Assembly: GCA_045863295.1 (NCBI GenBank)
Contig: BTWA01000065.1
Coordinates: forward strand, 1-16,821
Origin: Candidatus Hydrogenedentota bacterium
Lineage (GTDB): Bacteria > Hydrogenedentota > Hydrogenedentia > Hydrogenedentales > SLHB01
Direction: 5' to 3'
DNA length: 16,821 nt
Shown: in pieces, positions 1 through 8,518 of the stretch
Layout: each line of letters starts with the position of its first letter
Numbering within the stretch: position 1 is the first letter of the stretch
The notes under the pieces: generated by a model
The model's database searches: none
Told to the model about the DNA's origin: nothing
Seen by the model: the letters and a program-made list of their open reading frames with translations, nothing else
Program-made: the position numbers and the translations under genes

Positions 1-2
1 CC

Positions 3-536
3 AAGGAAGTCGTAAAATCCTGCGAGGAACGACTGAGTTTTTGGCGTCAACTGCGCGGAATTGCGGGACTCGACGCCAAGGTCGATACCGACGCAATCGC
101 GCGTGATGCGAAACAACAGGTTGTTCAACAGATTGCCACCGGTCTCATGCAATTGGCGGGGATAACCAACGGATCGGCGCCGGCCGTGACCTTGGCTATG
201 CCGGTCGCCGCTGCCGTGTCAACGTTGGCCGAAGGCAAAGCCCCCGCGCCGGCCACTTCCACTGCGGCAGGCGGCACAAACGGATACTCGGCTCCCATTC
301 TGTACTCAGACGAGTGCACAGGGTGCGGTGAATGCGTTTTGTTGAACCCAAAGATGTTTGCCTGGAACGACAAGAAACAGGCAATTATCTCCGACCCGAA
401 AGCAGGTCCCTATAAAGACTTGGTCAAGGCAGCGGAGAAATGCGCGGCCAGGGCCATACAACCGGGACTCCCCGCGGACCACTCCGACAAAGAGACTGAG
501 AAGTTGATCAAGCGGGCCGCAAAGTTCAATCGATAA
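3..536 (+). CDS. 3' part of a large oxidoreductase-like protein (probably 2-oxoacid:ferredoxin oxidoreductase family or associated) with a C-terminal 4Fe-4S ferredoxin domain; 5' end outside window
   Basis: The frame of ORF 147..536 is open back to base 3 (KEVVKSCEERLSFWRQLRGIAG...). An Ala/Pro/Thr-rich linker precedes CTGCGEC and a distal Cys (AAEKCAARAIQPG), a single-cluster ferredoxin pattern. The oxidoreductase assignment is recalled family resemblance only. Confidence 0.65.
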   Translation, partial: KEVVKSCEERLSFWRQLRGIAGLDAKVDTDAIARDAKQQVVQQIATGLMQLAGITNGSAPAVTLAMPVAAAVSTLAEGKAPAPATSTAAGGTNGYSAPILYSDECTGCGECVLLNPKMFAWNDKKQAIISDPKAGPYKDLVKAAEKCAARAIQPGLPADHSDKETEKLIKRAAKFNR

Positions 537-549
537 CCCATGATGCAGT

Positions 550-580
550 CGCGGGACGGGAGGCGTATTCCCGTCCCGCG
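550..580. repeat. Perfect 12-bp GC-rich inverted repeat (stem-loop) between the ferredoxin-domain gene and rnfC
   Basis: CGCGGGACGGGA (550-561), 7-nt loop, TCCCGTCCCGCG (569-580). No U-tract follows on either strand. Confidence 0.75.
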
Positions 581-600
581 CATTGGTGAAAGGCGAGCAG

Positions 601-1950
601 ATGCGCAATGCGTGGCTCCAGATTAAGAAGACCTTTCCACACGGCATCCATCCGCCGGAATTGAAGGATCTGACGAAGGACAAGCCGATTCGACGGTTTC
701 CATTCGCGCCTGAGATGATCATCCCTTTGTCGCAACACACCGGCGCGCCCGCCAAGCCGATTGTGCGTGAAGGCCAGGAAGTGGTCCGGGGAGAACCCAT
801 TGCCGATGCCGGTGGCTTTGTATCGGTTCCCATGCATGCACCGGCCACGGGTCGCATTGCCCGCATCGGATTGTGCCGCGACACACGCGGCGGAATGACG
901 CCTGCAGTTTTTCTTAAGGTGTACCCATCCGCTAGCCAGGAGATTCTCTACGGCTCCGAGGTGGATGTTGACGCACTGCCTCCGAAAGACCTTGTAAAGG
1001 CTGTGCAGGATACGGGCGTCGTGGGATTGGGCGGCGCAGCCTTTCCAACCCACGTAAAGCTCGTATTACCCGAAGGCCGTTCCGTTGATACCATCGTGGT
1101 CAACGGTTGCGAATGCGAACCTTATCTGACAACGGATCACCGGGTGATGCTCGAATACCCGGAAGCCATTATGCAGGGGATTCGCGTTGTTCTCCGCGCA
1201 TTGAGCGCCAAACAGGCTGTCATCGGCGTCGAAAAAAATAAAATGGACGCAATCGCCCGGCTTCAACGATTCGTGCCCGGCGATCTCCCCATCGAAGTCC
1301 GGGCCGTGGAAACGAAATACCCGCAGGGAGCGGAAAAAATGCTGGTCAAGGCGCTCCTGGGACGCAACATACCTTCCGGGGGACTCCCTTACGAAGTGCA
1401 TGTAGGCGTCTTCAATGTGGCAACCCTTGCTCAAATCGGAGAACTTTTGCCTCGCAAGCAAGGCTTGATTGAACGCGTGGTCACCGTTACCGGGCCAGGC
1501 GTAAAGGAGCCGGGCAACTATCTATTGCCCATCGGCACTCCTTTGGAATACGTGCTGGATCGTGTTGGCTTGACTGCGGAGCCCGATGAAATCATTTTTG
1601 GTGGCCCGATGATGGGTGCGAGCATTGTTTCGCGTGAGGTGCCCATTACCAAAGGCATCACCGGGATCGTGGTATTTCCGCGTGGCCAAGGCTCTCGCAA
1701 CGGTCATTCAACCGAGTATCCTTGCATCCGGTGCGGCCAGTGTGTAGATGCCTGCCCGATGCACTTGAATCCTTCCACCCTGGGATTGCTCGCTCGAAAT
1801 CGGGTGTACGACGAAATGGTGGACCGTTACCATCTGATGGATTGTTTCGAATGCGGATGCTGCGCTTACGTATGCCCATCGGCCATCCCGCTGGTGCATC
1901 ACTTCCGCGTGGCCAAGTCCTTTGCGCGCGAACGAAAGGCAAAATCATGA
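601..1950 (+). CDS. rnfC: Rnf electron transport complex subunit C
   Basis: TFPHGIHPP, IPLSQHTGAP, GLGGAAFPTH, NGCECEPY, KYPQGAEK, GGPMMG and two CxxCxxCxxxCP motifs. ATG 601 preferred (AAAGGCG upstream); GTG 583 possible. Confidence 0.96.
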   Translation: MRNAWLQIKKTFPHGIHPPELKDLTKDKPIRRFPFAPEMIIPLSQHTGAPAKPIVREGQEVVRGEPIADAGGFVSVPMHAPATGRIARIGLCRDTRGGMTPAVFLKVYPSASQEILYGSEVDVDALPPKDLVKAVQDTGVVGLGGAAFPTHVKLVLPEGRSVDTIVVNGCECEPYLTTDHRVMLEYPEAIMQGIRVVLRALSAKQAVIGVEKNKMDAIARLQRFVPGDLPIEVRAVETKYPQGAEKMLVKALLGRNIPSGGLPYEVHVGVFNVATLAQIGELLPRKQGLIERVVTVTGPGVKEPGNYLLPIGTPLEYVLDRVGLTAEPDEIIFGGPMMGASIVSREVPITKGITGIVVFPRGQGSRNGHSTEYPCIRCGQCVDACPMHLNPSTLGLLARNRVYDEMVDRYHLMDCFECGCCAYVCPSAIPLVHHFRVAKSFARERKAKS

Positions 1951-3029
1951 GTACAGTGCGACACGCTGTCGAGATTCATACTTCGCCGCATGTCCATACG
2001 GCTGTCACTACCGACCGTATTATGCTGCATGTCGTGTACTCGATGCTGCCCATCTGTGCATTCGCGGTATTTGCTTTCGGCCTATCCGCGCTCCTATTGA
2101 TTACAACGAGCGTCGTCGCTTGTGTGGCAACCGAGCACCTGTTTTGCCGCTTGGCCCATCGTCGCTCCACCGTCGCTGATTACAGCGCCGTCATCACTGG
2201 GATTCTGCTTGCGCTGTCGTTGCCGCCCGGGTTTCCCCTGTGGATGGCCGTGGTAGGCGGATTCGTTTCCATTGCACTGGGTAAAATGATTTTTGGCGGT
2301 CTGGGACAGAACCCTTTCAATCCCGCACTCGTTGGGCGTGCTTTCCTCCAGGCGGCGTTTCCAGTCGCCATCACGACATGGTCCCCCGTTTTTTCCCCTT
2401 CAGTCTGGTCGCCGGATCGGTTCATGTCCATACCGATGGCCACTCTTTCTCTGCCGTTTATGAGACCCGATAGTGTGGCCGCGTTCATTCAAGGTATCAC
2501 CGTGGATGGGTTTACAGGCGCAACACCGCTGGCCCGAATGAAATTCGAAGGGCAACCAACGCCGATTGTCGATTTAATCATGGGAATGACCAGCGGCTCC
2601 ACGGGCGAAACGTCCGCTGTGTTGATTCTGATTTGCGGCGCCTATCTCATATTCAAAGGATTGATGAACTGGCGTATTCCAGCCAGTTTGCTGGGCACTA
2701 CCTTCATACTCAGCTGGGCATTGCACTTGGTCGATTCCAAATATCCTGAACCGCTTTTTGTGCTCTTCTCAGGCGGATTGATGCTCGGGGCCGTATTCAT
2801 GGCATCTGATATGGTTGGATCACCGGTCACGCGCAGGGGTGTGTGGATCTACGGCGCTCTTATCGGCTTCCTAATCGTGCTGATTCGGGTCGCCGGCGGC
2901 CTGCCCGAAGGCGTAATGTACGCCATACTCCTCGGAAATGCCTGCACGCCGATTATCAACATGCTCACCCAACCGAAGCCCTTCGGCTGGCACCGGCCGG
3001 CCAGGCAACCGAAGGGAGAAAAGTCATGA
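1947..3029 (+). CDS. rnfD: Rnf electron transport complex subunit D
   Basis: Polytopic membrane protein with SPH, FGGLGQNPFNPALVGRAFL, FMN-attachment motif DGFTGATPL, GGLMLGAVFMASD and PEGVMYAILLGN. ATGA overlap with the rnfC stop. Confidence 0.95.
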   Translation: MSTVRHAVEIHTSPHVHTAVTTDRIMLHVVYSMLPICAFAVFAFGLSALLLITTSVVACVATEHLFCRLAHRRSTVADYSAVITGILLALSLPPGFPLWMAVVGGFVSIALGKMIFGGLGQNPFNPALVGRAFLQAAFPVAITTWSPVFSPSVWSPDRFMSIPMATLSLPFMRPDSVAAFIQGITVDGFTGATPLARMKFEGQPTPIVDLIMGMTSGSTGETSAVLILICGAYLIFKGLMNWRIPASLLGTTFILSWALHLVDSKYPEPLFVLFSGGLMLGAVFMASDMVGSPVTRRGVWIYGALIGFLIVLIRVAGGLPEGVMYAILLGNACTPIINMLTQPKPFGWHRPARQPKGEKS

Positions 3030-3718
3030 GCACATCCGCTCCATCCATCGCAATACCACAAGTGCGGCAGGCCAGCAGCGTTAAGATGATCGCCACGCTG
3101 GGCACTGTCTCCACAATATCCGGAGTGTTGTTAGTGCTCGTTTACTTGGGCACGTTCGACATCATTGCCGAGAACAAGCGTAAGGCATTGGAAGAAGCCG
3201 TATTTACGGTACTTCCGGGGGCCGTGGAACGGGCCACGTACGCCGTGTCAGCGGACGGCTTTACCCCCATCCAAGGCGACACCAAGGATACAGACGTTGT
3301 CTATGCCGGCTATGACGAGAGCGGCAAGCTTGTGGGGGTCGCCATTACAGCCGCGGGCCAAGGCTATCAAGACATCATCAGCATATTGTTCGGATACGAC
3401 CCTGTCACCGAATCGGTGATCGGCTACAAGCTGCTGGGAAGCAAGGAAACTCCGGGGCTTGGCGACAAGATTGGAAAAGACGAATCGTTTCTGGCTTCCT
3501 TCCGTAAGCTGGATGTCTCTCTGAACTCCGAAGGATCAGGGCTCAAGAACGCAATTGAAGTGATAAAAGATGGCAAGAACAAAGACTGGCAGATTGACGG
3601 TATCTCGGGTGCGACAATTTCCTCCAAAGCCGTAGGGGCCATGCTCAACACGCGCTGCTCCCAGATACTGCCCATTGTTCGCAAGCACGTCGACCAATTG
3701 CAGAAGGTAACACCATGA
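3026..3718 (+). CDS. rnfG: Rnf electron transport complex subunit G (FMN-binding)
   Basis: Single N-terminal TM helix, GQGYQ, ETPGLGDKI and FMN motif DGISGATISS. ATGA overlap with rnfD, GGGAG SD upstream. Confidence 0.93.
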   Translation: MSTSAPSIAIPQVRQASSVKMIATLGTVSTISGVLLVLVYLGTFDIIAENKRKALEEAVFTVLPGAVERATYAVSADGFTPIQGDTKDTDVVYAGYDESGKLVGVAITAAGQGYQDIISILFGYDPVTESVIGYKLLGSKETPGLGDKIGKDESFLASFRKLDVSLNSEGSGLKNAIEVIKDGKNKDWQIDGISGATISSKAVGAMLNTRCSQILPIVRKHVDQLQKVTP

Positions 3719-4362
3719 TCAACGAACCCCAAGAACCTTCAATGGACGTCTTCCTCCGCGGTTTGTGGAAGGAGAATCCCGTGTTCGTCATGGTGCTCGG
3801 AATGTGTCCAACGCTGGCAGTCTCGAATTCCGTGATTAATGCACTTTCCATGGGTCTGGCCGCCACGTTCGTGCTGGTGGCATCGTGTGTGCTCGTATCA
3901 ATCATGCGCAAATGGATTCCGAAGCAAGTTCGAATCGCCACGTATATTGTGATCATCGCGACCTTCGTGACCATGGTGGATTTTGCCATTCAGGCCATCA
4001 GCCTCGAAGTGTATAACGCACTCGGCGCATTCATTGCCTTAATTGTAGTGAATTGCATTATTTTGGGCCGCGCGGAAGCCTTTGCCTCCAAGAACGGGCC
4101 CGTGCGATCGGCGCTGGATGCCCTGGGGATGGGCTTGGGGTTTACGCTGGCCCTCCTGTGCCTCGGCGTTGTCCGTGAAATCCTGGGCAGTGGCACGCTG
4201 CTCGGTTATCCGGTAGTGGGCAAGCATTTCGAACCATGGGCCATCATGATTCTCCCACCGGGCGGCTTCCTGACCCTGGGAACCTGGCTCCTGATTTTCA
4301 ACTGGTGGCGGACTCGAAAAGACCGCCACGCGGATGCCTCAACGGGAGGACACGCAGCATGA
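3715..4362 (+). CDS. rnfE: Rnf electron transport complex subunit E
   Basis: ENPVFVMVLGMCPTLAVS, LIVVNCIILGRAEAFA, REILGSG, ILPPGGF. ATGA overlap with rnfG. Confidence 0.96.
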   Translation: MINEPQEPSMDVFLRGLWKENPVFVMVLGMCPTLAVSNSVINALSMGLAATFVLVASCVLVSIMRKWIPKQVRIATYIVIIATFVTMVDFAIQAISLEVYNALGAFIALIVVNCIILGRAEAFASKNGPVRSALDALGMGLGFTLALLCLGVVREILGSGTLLGYPVVGKHFEPWAIMILPPGGFLTLGTWLLIFNWWRTRKDRHADASTGGHAA

Positions 4363-4940
4363 ATGACGAATCGCTCTTTCAGATCTTCATCAATGCATGT
4401 ATCATCAACAATTTCGTGTTGAGCATGTTTCTAGGCATCTGTCCGTTTCTAGGCGTATCGGGCAAATTGGAAACCGCAAGCCGTATGGGGCTCGCCGTTA
4501 CGTTCGTGTTGATCGTGAGTTCGGCGTGTGCGTATGGAATAAACCTGATTTTGGCTTGGGCCGAAGCACCTTACCTGCAACTGATGTGCTACATCGTAGT
4601 GATTGCGTCGGCAGTGCAACTCGTCGAGATGGTCATAAAGAAATACAGCCCCGCGCTATACAAGGCCCTGGGCATCTATCTGCCTCTCATTACCACCAAC
4701 TGTGCCATTCTGGGCCTCACGTTGTTTCAGACCTCCAAAGGCTACAGTTTTGTGCAGTCCCTGGTGTATGCCGTGGGGGCAGGCGGCGGATTTACACTCG
4801 CACTCGTCATTATGGCGGGGCTTCGTGAACAGTTGAAACTTGCAACTGTCCCAAATGTAATGCAAGGCACGGCCCTCACGCTCATGGTTGCGGGAATCCT
4901 TTCCCTGGCTTTCATGGGATTCGCAGGCCTCGGAGGGTGA
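4359..4940 (+). CDS. rnfA: Rnf electron transport complex subunit A
   Basis: NNFVLSMFLGICPFLGVS, LGIYLPLITTNCAILG, C-terminal SLAFMGFAGL. ATGA overlap with rnfE, GGAGG SD upstream. Confidence 0.96.
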   Translation: MNDESLFQIFINACIINNFVLSMFLGICPFLGVSGKLETASRMGLAVTFVLIVSSACAYGINLILAWAEAPYLQLMCYIVVIASAVQLVEMVIKKYSPALYKALGIYLPLITTNCAILGLTLFQTSKGYSFVQSLVYAVGAGGGFTLALVIMAGLREQLKLATVPNVMQGTALTLMVAGILSLAFMGFAGLGG

Positions 4941-4944
4941 GGAA

Positions 4945-5154
4945 GTGTACAATGGCCTGCACACTATACTCATGATCTTGGGCACCAGTTCGGCCGTGTT
5001 CACAGGAGTAGCCATTTGGTTCTGGATCATGCACATCGCCAGAGACAAAAGCTTGCCCGCCGACTATGACTGCCTGCAGGAATCGGCGTGCGGAAGTTGC
5101 CCTGCAGCCGACACTTGCCAGGACCGCAGCGCCCATGGGCAACCCGCAGCTTGA
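4945..5154 (+). CDS. Small membrane protein with a 4-Cys C-terminal tail (69 aa)
   Basis: GTG start 4 nt after the rnfA stop, preceded by GGAGGGTGAGG. Hydrophobic helix (ILMILGTSSAVFTGVAIWFWIM), then C-x5-C-x2-C-x5-C (CLQESACGSCPAADTC). Confidence 0.65.
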   Translation: MYNGLHTILMILGTSSAVFTGVAIWFWIMHIARDKSLPADYDCLQESACGSCPAADTCQDRSAHGQPAA

Positions 5155-5237
5155 CGGGCCCAATCCGCGTTCCTGCAGAATACCCTGGGATCGGTAAAGT
5201 CGAAGGCCACAAACTTCGTGTGATACAATCCCGCGCT

Positions 5238-6215
5238 ATGCAAACGGCTTTAACGCTACAAGAGTTGTACCGCCCTGTCGAAAGGGAGATGGCGGAGGTC
5301 CGGAAAGCGGTCGCGGGGCTTTGGCACGATGCCCTGAAGCTGGTCCATGGGAGCTCCATCCCCGAACCCCCGATCGGCGGGAAAATGCTGCGGCCGGCGC
5401 TGTGCCTCTTGTCCGCGGGGGCTATAGGCGCCGCGAACGTGGCCGACTATGTGCCCATGGCCACGGCCATGGAACTCCTCCACCTGGCCGCGTTGGCGCA
5501 CGACGACGTCATCGACGGGGCCGACCTACGCCACGGCGACGCCTCTCTGAATGCCCGCTGGGACAACCACACGGCGGTGCTCGGCGGCGACTATCTCGTG
5601 GCACGCAGCATTGGCCTGCTGAGCCGGTATGACTCGTGCGGCGTGATTGTAAATGCCATTGAGTCCGTGCGGATGATGGCCGAGGGCGAGTTAAACCATT
5701 TCGGGCTTGCTCAGAATCAGTACACCGAGGCTGCGTGTATAAGCCTCGCCCGGCAGAAGACCGCAAGCTTGTTCGCGGTTACGTGCAGCACGCCGAGCGT
5801 GCACATTTCCGGCACTCCCATGCAGAACCTCAACGACTATGGCATGAACATCGGTGTCGCGTTTCAATTGGTGGATGACTTGCTGGATTTGTCCCAAAAT
5901 CGCGACGCGCTGGGAAAGCCCTCCTGCGGCGATCTGATTGAAGGCAAGAAGACACTGCCCGTGATCTATATGCGCGAAGCCATGGATGACGCAGGTGTGG
6001 CACGTATCGATGCCATGAAACATGCAAAACTGAGCGATGCCGACCGAACGTGGGTGGCCGAGACACTGGAAAGCACACGGGCCCGCGAACGGGTCGAATC
6101 GATATCCAGGGAATACATCGAGGAAGGCCGCGCAGCAATAAGCAGCCTGCCCGCGAGTTCCTACAAAGATGCAATGATGGGCATTGCGGAATTCATTCTG
6201 GTCCGAGGCAACTGA
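5238..6215 (+). CDS. Polyprenyl diphosphate synthase (IspB/HepT-like, trans-prenyltransferase)
   Basis: GGKMLRP, first Asp-rich motif HDDVID..LRHG, AVLGGD, KTASLF, second motif FQLVDDLLD, GKPSCGDLIEGKKTLP. Ala at the fifth position before the first motif fits a long-chain product. Confidence 0.92.
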   Translation: MQTALTLQELYRPVEREMAEVRKAVAGLWHDALKLVHGSSIPEPPIGGKMLRPALCLLSAGAIGAANVADYVPMATAMELLHLAALAHDDVIDGADLRHGDASLNARWDNHTAVLGGDYLVARSIGLLSRYDSCGVIVNAIESVRMMAEGELNHFGLAQNQYTEAACISLARQKTASLFAVTCSTPSVHISGTPMQNLNDYGMNIGVAFQLVDDLLDLSQNRDALGKPSCGDLIEGKKTLPVIYMREAMDDAGVARIDAMKHAKLSDADRTWVAETLESTRARERVESISREYIEEGRAAISSLPASSYKDAMMGIAEFILVRGN

Positions 6216-6265
6216 CCTGCCCAAATCGAGTCAGGCAATCGCGCTTACCGGTCCATTCCGGAACC

Positions 6266-8425
6266 ATGAATACGAGCAAATCCTACATCTTTTTCCTGAT
6301 GGGCAGTGTCGTCAGTACATGCCTGTTCTCACCAACCGCGGATGGAGAATTGCCAAGGACCACCATCCGCTCGGGCGTGGCCGGTGCACCGGCCATTATC
6401 ATTAATGGGGACACGTACTCCCCCCTGTTTTTTGCGGCCAACAATCAATTCAACCGCGATGAAATCTTGCTGGAGGAACTGCGGCTTGCCGCCGATGCCG
6501 GTTTCAAACTGTATACATTCAATGTCTGGCTGGAACCGTTCAAAACCCCGGACGAAACCGTTGCTGAGGTTGAGAAGTTTGCCTCCGCTCATCCCGAAGG
6601 TTACTTCTACGTGCGCATTTGGCTCGGAGCGCACAGGAGTTGGTTGGCTGAAAATCCAGATGAGCGCATTGTGGATTCCGAAGGAAATGCCAGCGAAATG
6701 GCCTCGCCAGCCAGTGAATTATGGCGCAAAGATACTGCCGAAAGATTGGCCCGGTGTATAGAATTGATAGCCGCGAGTCGCTACGGAAGCAAGCTCTTCG
6801 GCGTGCATCTGGCATACCTTCAAACCGGCGAATGGTTCTACCCGGATACGGAACGCTACTACGACTACTCCCTTCCCGCGCAACAAGCATTTCGAACATG
6901 GCTCAAAGCCAAGTACCGTACGCCTCGAAGCCTTCGAAAGGCGTGGAGTGATCCGGCCGCTACGTTTGACTCTGTACAGATACCCACAGCCCAGGAACGA
7001 GAGGACAACGCATGGGGCCATTTTCGCGACCCCGTGAAGCATGCGAAGGTTATCGATCATCAGCGGTTTCTTTCCGATCAAATGGCCGATACGATTGCAT
7101 ATTTCGCTTCCGAGGTGAAACGTGTCAGCAATCGACGTCTGTTGGTTGGGGCTTTCTATGGCTATACCATGCAATTGAATCACAACGGACCCCGTGCCCT
7201 CGCCCATTCCGGTCATCTGAGTCTGGCGCGCTTGTTGGAATGCAGCGACATTGACATCATTGCGGCGCCCTATGCGTATTTCGAGCGAAACATCGGCGAA
7301 CCGGGGCACTTTCATTTGCCCTTGGATTCCCTGGCACTACATGGAAAGCTGGGCATCGTAGAAGAAGATTCGTACACGCATTTGTCGTCCCCGCCCCAGG
7401 ATCTCCTGATAGCGCCTGGATACCCGGACCGAACCCAGACCATGGAAGAAACACAAGCGCTCCTCCGGCGCAATTTCGCAAACGCCTTCACGCACAGAAA
7501 TGGCATGTGGATCTTCGACTTGTTGTCCGACGGCCGCTGGAATGACAAGGCAATATGGGATTCCGCAAAACTATTGTTGCGGATGGCTGCGGCTTCGCGC
7601 GATGTGCCCGTCTTTGAACCCCAGATTGCCGTGCTGATGGATGAGGAATCGGTACATTTCCTGCAGGACACAACCTGGCCTGTGTTGCTGCAATCGTTGG
7701 CCGTGTGGCTATCCGAATTTGATCGCATGGGCACGCCGGTGGGCTACTACTTACAAAGCGATATTGCGCGACTGCCTGATTCCGTGCGCATGATTGTGCT
7801 GGCAAACCCCTATGTCCTGAGCGAGGACGCGCAGCGGCAAATTGATCGGCTACTCGACCTCGGCTGTACAGTCGTATTGACCTACGCCCCAAATGCCGCA
7901 GGCGGCGCGGGCTCCTCTGTACTGGCGAATATCGCCGAGGCCACGGGATTCACGGTGGAATCCAAAACGGATTCCATGCCATTGCGAATCAAGAGCGTGG
8001 AGACCGATGAGACCGTCGCGCTCGGAACTGACAACTGGGCAAACCGAATCGTAATCACCTCCGACAGCGGACATATTCTGGCACGTTACATGGAGACCGA
8101 TGAAGTAAGTGCCGTCGCCCGCCCCCAAGGAAAGGGCGTACTCGTATATTCCGCCACCCCCAGGCTTCCAGTGGGCCTCCTCCGGTGGATGGCCCAGCGG
8201 AGCGGTGTGCACGTGTATAGCAACGCACCGGGTATGGTGGGTCTTGTGGGCCCCTATCTCATCGTTCACACGTCCCAAGAGACCGATCTCACCATCCAGT
8301 GGCCCGATCCCTTTGATTCCGTCGACCGTATTGTCCCGCTCTCCCCCTTGCCAATGGCAACAAAAAACACAACCTGGGTCGATACCCTGCCCGGCAAAAG
8401 CACCGCCGTCTACCTCGTTCGCTGA
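6266..8425 (+). CDS. Glycoside hydrolase, clan GH-A, GH42/beta-galactosidase-like, with likely signal peptide
   Basis: Hydrophobic N-terminus, TGEWFY (candidate acid/base Glu), DYS...AFRTWLKAKY...LRKAW (GH42-like segment), VEEDSYT (candidate nucleophile) and a C-terminal trimerisation-like region. Substrate not determinable. Confidence 0.7.
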   Translation: MNTSKSYIFFLMGSVVSTCLFSPTADGELPRTTIRSGVAGAPAIIINGDTYSPLFFAANNQFNRDEILLEELRLAADAGFKLYTFNVWLEPFKTPDETVAEVEKFASAHPEGYFYVRIWLGAHRSWLAENPDERIVDSEGNASEMASPASELWRKDTAERLARCIELIAASRYGSKLFGVHLAYLQTGEWFYPDTERYYDYSLPAQQAFRTWLKAKYRTPRSLRKAWSDPAATFDSVQIPTAQEREDNAWGHFRDPVKHAKVIDHQRFLSDQMADTIAYFASEVKRVSNRRLLVGAFYGYTMQLNHNGPRALAHSGHLSLARLLECSDIDIIAAPYAYFERNIGEPGHFHLPLDSLALHGKLGIVEEDSYTHLSSPPQDLLIAPGYPDRTQTMEETQALLRRNFANAFTHRNGMWIFDLLSDGRWNDKAIWDSAKLLLRMAAASRDVPVFEPQIAVLMDEESVHFLQDTTWPVLLQSLAVWLSEFDRMGTPVGYYLQSDIARLPDSVRMIVLANPYVLSEDAQRQIDRLLDLGCTVVLTYAPNAAGGAGSSVLANIAEATGFTVESKTDSMPLRIKSVETDETVALGTDNWANRIVITSDSGHILARYMETDEVSAVARPQGKGVLVYSATPRLPVGLLRWMAQRSGVHVYSNAPGMVGLVGPYLIVHTSQETDLTIQWPDPFDSVDRIVPLSPLPMATKNTTWVDTLPGKSTAVYLVR

Positions 8426-8518
8426 CCGGTACCGGAATCGGTTACGCGGTTTGTGTCGCAACACTATCCACGCTATCATGCGCGCACTATGTGACGGCGG
8501 AATGGAGACCCCTATCCC

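Noticed and set aside
601..4940. Cluster as Na+-NQR (nqr) rather than Rnf
   Set aside because: The first subunit has two 4Fe-4S motifs and RnfC signatures, and there is no NqrF.
1722..6265. Long N-terminal extensions in the ORF track for rnfD (1722), rnfG (2843), rnfA (4236), prenyl synthase (5088) and the hydrolase (6050)
   Set aside because: They overlap upstream genes. ATGA-coupled or downstream ATG starts (1947, 3026, 4359, 5238, 6266) match the family N-termini better.
8426..8435. Palindrome CCGGTACCGG right after the hydrolase stop
   Set aside because: Only 10 bp with no loop or U-tract; expected by chance in GC-rich DNA.
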